A stretch of 64,000 nucleotides of DNA, taken from positions 372,001 to 436,000 of the forward strand of contig OY253678.1 in assembly GCA_958009085.1 (NCBI GenBank), written 5' to 3'. Shown one piece after another: positions 24,872 to 35,400 of this stretch (positions within the stretch are counted from its first letter, which is position 1; every line of letters starts with the position of its first letter). Made by a program: the position numbers and the translations under genes. The notes under the pieces are model-generated. The model was not told where the DNA came from, searched no databases, and worked only from the letters and a program-made list of their open reading frames with translations. The stretch comes from Protoeuglena noctilucae. Lineage: Eukaryota.

Positions 24872-27194
24872 ATGTGTGTCGTCCCGCTCCCCGCTAACGT
24901 GGCGAGGGAGGTCCCCGCGCATTTGTGCGGGACCGTCGACATCGTCTGCGACGGCCCCGGGACCGCGGGCGTGGGGGGACTCCTGTTTTCCATCCTCTCC
25001 GAGCGCCTCAAGCGCAATGCGAGGGTCCTCGAGGCCTCTCTTGACGTCTCGATCGCGCCATGCGACGGCGCGGATCTCGCGGCCCTCGGTTCAGGCGAGC
25101 GGGCGCAAAAGGAACCGAGGCTGGGTTTCCCGCTTTTCCAGGCCGCCCGCGGCCGGGGTATGCGCGCGCGAGCGCTCGAGTTGCTCGTCTGGTTTCGCGG
25201 CGTCCGGTGTGGGGGCTTTCTCGCGCGCGCGCCCCTCCGCGGCGCCTAACGCGCCCCTCGCGTTCCGTCCCCCCTGCAGTGCCGGTGCGGCGCGTGGAGC
25301 TCGCCTGCGGGCCTAGCCACGGCGCGGACCTGCAGGAGATGTCGCAGAACAGCGAGGCGTATGCCGTAGGTGCGCCCGGGCGGGCCGGAGTGGCGGGGAG
25401 CCTGCCCCGGCGCTGTGCGGGCTTCTTGGCCCCGGGAACGCGCGTGCGCCTGTCGTACTCGCAGATCTCACGTCAGAGGCAGTCAGGATTCGTTCTCTCG
25501 CGCCGCACGGGCTGTTCAACGGCATCATGACGCTCGTCCAGCTGCTGCCGCCCGAGGCGGTTGGCCCGGACACGCCCCTCCCCTTCGTGTGCCCCGTCCT
25601 GCGGGACAGCCCACGGTTCCAGGTGCGCCGCGTGCGGAGACAGCGTTCCGCGTTCCCCGGCGCTTGCAAGGCTCGCGCGACGCCGCGCTCCGTGATGTGG
25701 TTGTGGTGCTGACGCTGCGCCCATGCTCCCGCCTTGCCCCGCTTCCCGCAGTGGCGCGGCGTCCTGCTCGACGTCGGCCGGCACTTCTTCCCCGTGTCCT
25801 TCGTGAAGCGCTTCATCGACCTGATCGCGCTCCACAAGATCAACCGCCTCCACTGGCACCTCACGGAGGACCAGGGGTGGCGCATCGAGATCAAGGCCTT
25901 CCCGCGCCTGACCGAGGTCGGCGCGTGGCGCACCGGGGACAACGGGGAGCGCGTCGGCGGCTTCTACACCCAGGACGAGGTCCGCGACATCGTGCGCTAT
26001 GCTCAGGAGCGGTTCGTCGAGATCGTGCCCGAGATCGAGATGCCTGGCCACTGCTGCGCGGCCCTCGCCTCCTACCCGCACCTCAGCTGCCGCGGCAACG
26101 TCGCGCAAGTGCCCAACCGCTGGGGCGTCTTCTCGGACGTCTACTGCGCCGGCAACGACGACGTCTTCGCCTTCCTCGAGCGCGGTGAGCCTCGCGTCGC
26201 ATGCAGGGTGGCAGCGAGGCCCCGCAGCCGGCTCTTGCCGCGTGGATACCACAGCCATGCATTCTCACCTCCGCCGTCCCTGCCTTCCTCGCTCGCAGTG
26301 CTGGAAGAGGTGCTGGGCCTGTTCCCGTCCCGGTACATCCACATCGGGGGGGACGAGTGCCCCAAGGAGGCGTGGGCGGCGTGCCCCAAGTGCCAGGAGC
26401 GCATCGTGCGCGAGAAGCTCCGCGACGAGGACGCGCTGCAGTCGTGGTTCATCGCCCGCATGCAGCGGTGGCTGGCGGCGCGCGGCCGGCAGCTGGTCGG
26501 GTGGGACGAGATCCTCGAGGGCGGCCTCCCCGAGGGCACCACCGTCATGTCCTGGCGCGGCGTGGCCGGCGGCCTCCGCGCCGCGCAGCTGGGCCACGAG
26601 GTCATCATGACCCCCGCCTCGCATGTGTACCTCGACTACAAGCAGGGCCCCGCCCAGGGCGAGCCGGGCGCCTGGTACGCCGTCCTGCCCCTCGAGGCCG
26701 TCTACATGTTCGACCCCGTCCCCCACTACGACATGTACTGCTCTGGCCACGGCCTGCCCGCCTGGTGCGACACCGAGGCGATGCGCGCCTGGCGCGGGAT
26801 GAACTTCCCCGAGGCCGCCACGCCGGAGCCCGAGGTCGCGGCCAACATCATCGGGGCCCAGGCCAACCTGTGGACCGAGTACGTGCAGAATGAGACCACG
26901 GTGGAGTACATGCTCCTGCCCCGGCTGTGCGCCTTCGCCGAGGCGGTCTGGAGCCGCCCGCACCAGCGGGACTGGGCGTCGTTCCGCGCCCGCCTCGCCC
27001 CGCTCCTCGAGCTCTTCGACGCGCTCGGCGTCCGGTACCGGCCGTTAGACGCGCCGGCGGGCGACCAGGGCGCCAGCGCGTGCGTGGCGGCCGGGCCCAG
27101 CTCCAAGGCCCCCACGGAAGACGAGCACCTGTCCGAGGAGCACGTCTCGTCGCACGCCGTCACGCCCGTCGACATGCAGGCCGCCATCGTGTGA
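24872..27194 (+). CDS. Beta-N-acetylhexosaminidase, glycoside hydrolase family 20 (bacterial/chitobiase-like type)
   Basis: GH20b domain (VVPLP...EAY...GLFNGIMTLVQLL...DSPRF) followed by WRGVLLDVGRHFF, HWHLTEDQGWRIEIK, PEIEMPGH, catalytic HIGGDE, GAQANLWTEY, PRLCAFAEAVWS. Four introns. Confidence 0.93.
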
Positions 27195-27666
27195 GCCCGC
27201 ATGGGGGTGGCGGGCGCGTGAGGGCGCCTCGCCTGTGGTCCCGTTTCCCCGGCTTTGCCCCGCACAGTTCAGCTCTCTCGACCATTGACCCGCCGCATGT
27301 AGTTCGATTTCTCGCCAGCCCCCTCCATCAGGGACGTTTGGCCCACGTTCGTCATTTGGTGTTTAGGCCAGGTCTCGTGCAAGCCCAGGATCGCCCGTTG
27401 CTTTCGGCGTTTGGGATGTCTTGTTTCAGTAGTGCAGATTAGCGGCAGTATAGGACAGGGTTTGGGTAGCATAAGAGCGGACGAGCGTTGCTTCCGACGT
27501 TGCCTGAGACTCTCAGCGTCACACTGGTCGTTCACTGTGTGGTCTGCGCTACAGTCATTGGTTGGCGGGCGCGTAGTTGAACAACACAAACATACGGCAC
27601 CACGAGCAACGCCCCGAGTGCTACGAACGTGCTGCCGCGTGCCCGGCGATAGTCAGTGGAACTGCG

Positions 27667-28688
27667 TCAGTGGAACGCCGGCTCTCCGTCGTTCTCGTAG
27701 CTGAAAACTGCCTTGTTCTGCATGACGAGCTCGTCGCCCACGAAGTAGAAAGTGTCGGCGACGTGCTCCCCCGGGCTCGACACGAACTCCTGCACATCCT
27801 GCGCCAGAAAACGAGCCCAGCGTCTGTCTAGCGCATGCTCGGATAGCACGGATCCGAGGGGCGGAGCGGAGCGCCACGCACCGCCTCGCTGAGCTCTGGG
27901 GTCTCGTACACCGCCTCCCAACTGTTCGTGGAGCCCGGGATGCAGAACCCAAAGGGGAAGTCGAAGCTCCGGATGAGCTTGCCCCGGAAGTAGTGCCGCT
28001 CGATCATGCGGAAGTTGGGCACGGGCTGGTCTCCGACCTGCCGGGGCGGGAAGAGGCAGTGGAGTTGTCCGGCCACCCCAGCTGGCCGCAGAGTCGGTCC
28101 CTGTGCATGCGAGGCGATCCCACTGCGCGGTGTCTAGCACGCTGGGCATTTGCCTTGAACGACAGCAGCGTCCTGACGGTGCGGTTCCGCAGGAATGAGG
28201 CGGGGAAGTTGTAGCGCACGGTCCGCAGCTCGTCCTCCACCTCGGGCGGCAGCGTCGGCGACACGTAAGGGCCTGCGGGCGCGCGGGACGATCACGTTGT
28301 TGGGTGCCATACAAGGCATGCGCCCGATCGCGGCGCGAGGGGTGCCCCGCGCACCTGCCCCAGCGGCGTTGCGAAGCTCAAACATGACGCGCTTGGATTC
28401 CTGCTCCTGAATGCGGAACTCCAGAAACTCGATCCCGTAGCGGTTTGCCTTAAGCGAGCACAGAAAGTCCGCCGTCGGCGCCGTGAGCGAGAGGACCTCT
28501 TCGGGTCGCACGGTTGGCCTGTCCCCCTGCGCATTGGGCGGAGGCGCATTGGCGGGCGGACGCACCACCCACAGCTCTAAACGAGTTCCAAAAAGCGCAG
28601 GATATAATCAGACCCGACGCGCGTGCAGGCGATTGGCGTGAGGGGCGCCCTGAAGACGCGGCCCCGTTCACACCTGGTCCATCGTCAT
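27667..28688 (-). CDS. UNC119: UNC119 homolog (PDE-delta fold, ciliary myristoyl-cargo carrier)
   Basis: [90 protein letters not shown]. Predicted 15-nt first coding exon (MTMDQ, 28688-28674). Confidence 0.92.
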
Positions 28689-29053
28689 CCCTTGCCCTGC
28701 GTGCCACCCGCGGGCCACAGCCAGCCCTCAGAGTTCAGAGACCTACTGCAGCCTGAATGAAGCGTCAAATCCTGGCTTAAAAGGGAAAAGCTGCTCTTTT
28801 CCGGGATGCAAGGGTGCCGAGAGATCACTCCACTAACCAAATGCTCTTGACTTGAGCACTCTTGGATTGCTCCCCCCGGATGGCCGGCCCAGAGCGACGA
28901 CTGGCACGCGTGACGAGCTGTCAGGACTGGCCAGCTGCCATGCGCGGAGGTCTAGGGCGCGTGGGGTGGCGCCTCCGAGTCTGTTCTCGAAACCACTCGA
29001 GCTGGCGAGCGTCCTCGCGACTCCCAGCGCAGCTGCCTCTCTATGACAGGCAG

Positions 29054-30686
29054 ATGGCAACGAGCACGATGAAGTACGTGCAGCTGGTGATTGGCCCGGC
29101 GGGCAGCGGCAAGTCCACGTACTGCGAGAACATCAAGCAGCACTGCGACACGATCGGCAGGTTCGAGCCGGCCCAGCGGGCGCGGGGCGGGCAGCATTCC
29201 AGCACGTACCTCGACGCTTGCCGCCCACGCCCGCCGCGCAGGCCCGTGCACGTCTTCAACCTGGACCCCGCTGCGGAGCACTTCGGGTACCCCATCCATG
29301 GTGACATCCGAGACCTCATCACGATTGACGACGCCCAGGAGGAGCTCAAGCTCGGCCCCAACGGCGCGCTGCTTTTCTGCATGGAGTTTATGGAGCAAAA
29401 CCTGGAGGACTGGCTTGGGGAGCTCCTCGAGGGATACGGGTGACGACCAGGACGCGCGCGCGAGGCCGGGCGCACCGACGGGGCTGTCTTGGCCGCAATG
29501 CGCAGCTGCTGTGCGTGCGCGCAGAGAGGACGACTACCTCCTCTTCGACTGCCCGGGCCAGATCGAGCTGTACTCGCACGTCACGGTCTTCCGCACGCTG
29601 GTGGATTTCCTGAAGAACCGGGGGTGGCAGGTGGGCCAGAGCATGGCGGTGGCCTTGCGCTGCGATGCTAGCCGGCGAGGATCCCCGCGGCATCGTTTTT
29701 CTCTTTTTTCATCGATGAACTGGCAGTCTAAGTCGCGTCCTCAACCATTTCCTTGACCAAACATCCGATGTGTTCGATGCCCTCGCCAGGTCTGCGTGGT
29801 GTACTGCCTCGACTCCCAGTTTGTCTCCAGCGCGACCAAGTTCATCGCGGGCGTCATGCAGACGCTGTCCGCGATGGTGCTGCTCGAGGTGCCGCACGTC
29901 AGCGTCCTCACGAAGCTCGACATCTGCCCCGACCGGGACGCGGTGGAGCGCCTGGCGATGCCCGACGGGCAGACGCTGGTGCGGGCGCGGGAGGCTGTTC
30001 TAGTCACTTGCCATGACTCCCTCGGACGACATGGTTTCAGTCGGGTTCAATAGGGGCTCTGAAAATTTGTTTGGTTCCTCGCTCAGCATCGCACGTGCGC
30101 ACGTGCGCGTCACCGTTGGGTGCTCCTGTGTGCCGCAGAAGTGCGAGTTGGATGACTCGATGCCGCCGAGGTTCCATCGACTCAACGAGGAGATGGCGCA
30201 GGTGGGGCCGGGGGTGTTTGCCTGCACCGATGCCGTAGCAGCCTGGGAGCCTGCGCGTTGCCACTGCTCATCAATTGCCTGCAGGTCATTGACGAGTGGA
30301 GCTTGGTGTCCTTTTGTGCGCTGGATATCAGGGACGAGGAGAGCATATCTGAGGTCTTGGGCCACATCGACACGGCCATCCAGGTCAGGACCGCTCTGCT
30401 CTGTTTGCTGCATGCATCTTATTAACATGCATGGCGAAAGTGACGCGTATGTCAGCTTGACTTCAACTTCTGCCATCCTCTTACTTTGCTGCGTGTTGCC
30501 ACCGTGTCTGGAGTCCTGAGATGGTCTGGCTGGGCCTGCGTAGCAAACACGCAAGCCACCCCTGCGCCTCCCGACATCTGTGCGCAGTTTGGGGAGGACG
30601 CAGAGGTCAAGGCACGTGACTTCGACGAAGGAGGTATTGAACCGAACATGTGCGAGGGCCCTGACTTTGGCGGGGGCGAGTGGTGA
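29054..30686 (+). CDS. GPN3: GPN-loop GTPase 3
   Basis: [72 protein letters not shown]. Six introns. Confidence 0.92.
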
Positions 30687-30817
30687 CAGAGCCGCCGCCG
30701 CCAGAGTTGGAACTAGTTTCCTTGTGTTGTTCAAAAGTATTGGTGTTCAATGCATGACCTGTTCGCGCGTTCCTTCCACGTTCCTGTCGCGCTGCTTGGG
30801 TTGAAAAGAGTTGCAGC

Positions 30818-32212
30818 ATGGACCTCATCACCTTTGATGTCCATTCGAGGGCGACGGAGGCCTGCCGGGTCCTCAGTAAGTGGGTTGCGCCGCTGAGTGA
30901 AGAAAGCAAGGTACGATGCTCGGATGGCGAGGGAGAACGGGGTCTGAGCCGCCCCAGAATTCGCGGGGTTGGGTCAGAGCGTGATGCCCATTTGCAAGCT
31001 CTGCTGAGCCCGGCGCAAAGCCGTACGATATCATCTGCGCATGTTTATGCTAAAAACAGCTTGTATGCTGCACATGTAAGGCAATCGGGCGCGAGCGTCG
31101 CCCTGCAGGCTGCCAGGGAGATGGTGGAAGATCTCAAGCGATGCCGGGAAGTTCTGCAGACGGTGGAGTCGGAGAGTAAGGGAGTGGAATGGGATGACAG
31201 GGAGGTACGTGTTGGTGGAATCTCTGGGGCTGTCCTTGCAAAATTCGCTCGTGGCAGCCACCGTGCTCTGTGCACTCTCGACGACGTGCGGCTCCTGTAT
31301 TCACAGAAGCTGGCACTTCTCTCACTGAATTCAACTCTGAGGGACTCCCAGCAGAGGCTCCAGACGTCGGGGAAGGTGAGTGGCTCTCTAAGCAGCCACA
31401 CCCGAGACGTCTCGACGTCCGCGTCAGCCGCTGGATGCTTAGACAGCCGTGACCCCTGTTCTGCAGGCCTCCTGCTGCATGCCCGCGCCCAAGCAACAGT
31501 GGGACGACGCCACCCTGACAAGCGTCACGGCCGGCATTGAGACGAAGTGCCGCAAACTCTCCGAAGCCCGCCGCACCGTCAGGAAGGTCAGTCTGAAGAC
31601 AGCAGATACTCATTTACAATAAAGGCACTCCTAGCGTTATCGTGCCTCATGTCATCGGTACCGACTGCATTTCTTGAGACGCAGGAGAAGCGCCACAAGC
31701 TCATCACGCGCGTGCTCGCCACCATGCTGGCCGCCACCCTGGTCATCGCCCTGGCAGCCTGGGCAGGTGCGGCGCATGGGCTGTGCCCTCACCCTTCGAT
31801 CTGTAGACATGCTTGAATAGATGGGCCACGCCATCTCGCACATGACCCCCATATGACCGCAGTGTTGCAAGCAGGCATCCCTTGGTCCGTCACCGCGTGG
31901 TGGAACTACCTCTTGAAGAACCAGAGCGGCATCGAGGACCACGACGGTCAGGGAAAGGATGCCTCGTTCTTCAGACGCCACCGCACCACTCTCCTGGTGC
32001 TGGCGGCCGTGCTGGCTGCGCTCCTTTGGGTCATCATCGACTTGTCCATCTACTTTTTTAAGGTTGTGTACTTTATCGTGATCTTAATCGCTTTGTTCCC
32101 GTTAGTAGTGTTTGAGCTCGCCGAGTTGCCCGACTTACCCGATGATCCTCTCGTGGCGCGCTGGTGGGACTGGGCAAAGAAGCTGATTGGCCGCCGTCAG
32201 CAGGAGCCCTAG
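30818..32212 (+). CDS. Uncharacterised protein: N-terminal helical/coiled-coil region plus about 3 C-terminal transmembrane segments
   Basis: Exons flanked by GT/AG: MDLITFDVHSRATEACRVLSKWVAPLSEESK, AAREMVEDLKRCREVLQTVESESKGVEWDDRE, KLALLSLNSTLRDSQQRLQTSGK, EKRHKLITRVLATMLAATLVIALAAWA, and a last exon with TTLLVLAAVLAALLWVIIDLSIYFFKVVYFIVILIALFPLVVFEL. No family recognised. Confidence 0.6.
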
Positions 32213-32452
32213 CCTTGCGGTGGGGCTCGTGTCGATGGCGACCAGTGCTCATGTCTTTGGCTCGTACCCATTGTGGCTCTTGATCGTGGCTTCATGCCCA
32301 CGCCTCACTCATGCAGTCAAAGCTTCCCATGCATGTGTCCGATTTGACATGTATCCAACAAGACATTGAAAAGCGTCGAGCAAACACACAAAAGATGACG
32401 CCCATATCTCGAATGGCCCACGCAATCCCCCCGCCATGCACTGCGCCGCGTC

Positions 32453-35400
32453 CTACCAGGGGGACTGGCAGTGCGGGCAGTTGCTCTTGCCGCCGGACCG
32501 GAACCACTTGAAAAGGCACGAGCCGTGGAACGCCTGGTTGCAGGTCTTGCAGAGCATGCGGGGGAGCGAGTGGTCCGTCGGGTGCAGGACGGAGCAGCAG
32601 ATGAGGCAGGGCTCGCCGCTGAGCTCCTTGGAGGCGCTGGCGTGCCACTGACGGACGGCGTCGACGACGGCGCCGTTCTGGGACCTGAGAAGGACGGTGA
32701 TGCCAAGGAGCCACCTCCTCGACTTGGCTTGCGACACCCCCTTGGTCCCCGTGGGGAAGTCGACCTCGGCCGACTTCAGGGGCCAGCACTCCGGCAGCTT
32801 GATCCTGCGGGTGACAGGGGGCGCGGAGGGACAGAGTTCGTCACCTTGGCCATACCCCAACCAGCGCTGCATCGCGTCAGCAAGGCCGACGCAGCCGCGG
32901 CGACGACAGAGAGCGAAGGGGAATGGTCAGCTGAGCAGGACGAGGTGAGGTAGGGCCAGCTGTGGCAGCGAGACCATGCGAGGCGCAGCCGTGGCAGCTC
33001 GCCTGAGGTCGATGCCTTGGCCGTCCTCGATCTCCACGTTTGCGACGACCTCCCGAATGGCCGTGCTTGCCCGGACGGTCAGGGCCTTGGCGTCGGGGTC
33101 GGCGGACGCACTCGAGGCGCCCGCCTCCACCTGCGATATACATGGCAAAGAGAGGGCATGCAGATGTGCGGCAGGAGAGTGTCACAAAAAAAAGCGCCAT
33201 GAGTTCACAAGTGTGCCCATGTTATGCCCCCATCGCGCCGTCACCTTGCAGCGCGAGAGCTCGTGGCGCAGCAGCAGCGGCGCCTCCACGGCCGCCGTGT
33301 GTCGCTCGATCGCCTGAGCCAGGCGCCGGTCCTTAAGTGCCAGGAACCACTCCCTCGCCAGCGCTGGCAGAGCCCACAGCGCCGCGCGGAACAGTCCAGG
33401 CGCCCAAGCGGCACCCGGCGCCCCAGCCAGCAAGGCCCCCAGGGCAGTGCCCATCCCAGCCGCGTCATCAACGCCCGCCTCGTCGACGAAGCGCGCTTGT
33501 GGCCCCGTGCCATCCAAGCACTCGCAGAGCTCCTTTGCCACGAAATCCACGAAGCCCCGCGCCTGGGCCCCCATCGTCGACACCACGTCACTGGCGGAGG
33601 CCAAGGGCGGCCCCCACGCGCCGGAGTCCGAGTCCGCACTCTTCACCTCGTGCATGGCCAGGCACAACACCGCCCAGGCCGCGAGGCTCGCGTCGGTCGG
33701 CGTCCCTTCGCCCAACATGCGACCTGCCCCTTCCTCGCCACGCAGGAACGCCAGCGCCATCCACGGCTGCAGGGCGCTGCCCGCAAGGACCCCCGCCTCC
33801 GTCGCCGTCACCGCGTCCACGTCCGCGACCCCGCCCAGGCCCTCCAGGCCCTCTCCGGGAGTCCACCCGGCCCGGAGCGCGGCGGGGCGCAGGAAGGCGC
33901 GGGTGGCGAGCAAGCGTGCAGCAGCACGCGACACTGCGGGTGGGCCCTGTGCCGCGGCCATGGCCAGGGCCAAGGAGGGCTCCGCGCCCGCATCGGGGGA
34001 CCACACCTTGGCCTCCTGGTGCGCGCGCTCGAGCACGTCGCCGCCCAGGTGCCCCGTGCTTCCCAGCGCCGCCAGCGCCCCCTCCAGCGCCCGCCAGAGG
34101 TCTTCAGTCCCCGCCAGCTCCCGCTGCCACCTGGCGTGCAGAGCCGCCACGGAGGCCGCTTGCCCGGACCCCGCGTGGGGCGTGGCAAGGTCGGCGACGG
34201 TGCGCAGGGCCCCGACCATGGCAGAGACGGACGAAGCGGCGATGAGGAGCCGTGACAGGTCGAGCGCCGCGGAGGCCACGAAGGGTGCGAGCACGGGAGC
34301 CGCGCCCTCCGTGCCCTGCGCCAGCCGACAGGCGAGGGTCACCGCGGTGGCAATCACGTCCAGCCCGCTGCTCCCCGCCACCGCCGCCAAGCTGCACCCC
34401 GCCAGCTCCTCCGCCACCGCCTCGGCCGCCTCGCTCGGCAGCTCGCTCGCGATCCCCGCCGTCCCGCCAGCCCTCGCCCGCAGCGCCTCTGTCAGGAGGG
34501 CGTTCGCCAGAGGGACCCCCGCGTCCTGGTAGGACCCCAGGCCGTGCGCCCCTGCCGCGCACCACCCCGTGTCAGAAACGCCCTCGGCCACCTCCTCGAA
34601 AGACGCCACGCTCCGCGTCAGCGCCGTCCCCAGGAACTCGAGCACTACGTCCCAATCGTGGGCATCGAGGGAGGCGCTCGCGACCCTCATCGCCGCACGC
34701 GCACACACCGCCAGCTCCCTCGTGACGCCCCGCGCCAGCCAGCCCCACGAAAGGGGCCCCTGTTCGCATTCGCTGAACAACGAAGATGCGTGCGAGTCAC
34801 CCGTGGCCCGCCCAGCACCCGCCCCGTCCGCCTCCGCCACGCCGGCCTCGTCCCCATCCCAGCCCCATGCAGCCTCGAGGGCTGGCCGCTTGAACTCCAA
34901 AATGCTCATCTGGCTCCGCACGAGGTCCGCGGCCAACTGCGCCACGCGCTCGCGGGCGGCCCCACCCCCTGCCGCGCCGGGGTGCGGCACAGGGAGGCTG
35001 GGAGGTGCGTCGAGTGGGGTGTTCAGTGATAAATCCACGCAGAGGTTGGCCAGGCGGAGGAGTCCGAGACTCGCGGCAAACTGCGAGGACTCCAGGGCGG
35101 ACGGCGCGGCGGGCGGGGGTGACGGGGGCGGGAGGGCGTGGAGTGGGCTTTGGGCCAACGTCGGCGCCTCGCTCGCCACTTGCCGCGCGCACTCGGCGAC
35201 CCACTGGGTGGCCTTCGACGCGAAAAAAGGGTCCTGCGATAATGAACAATCAGAGTGTTGCTGCACGGTCAGGGCCTCGACAATCAACAATCAGCGATCA
35301 GCTAACGGTCTCCAGCACGACAAAACCAGGGTCTCTCACCTGCAGCGCATGCAGGGCGCCCGCACTCGCACCCACGACGACGATGAGGTCGTCCAAAGCA

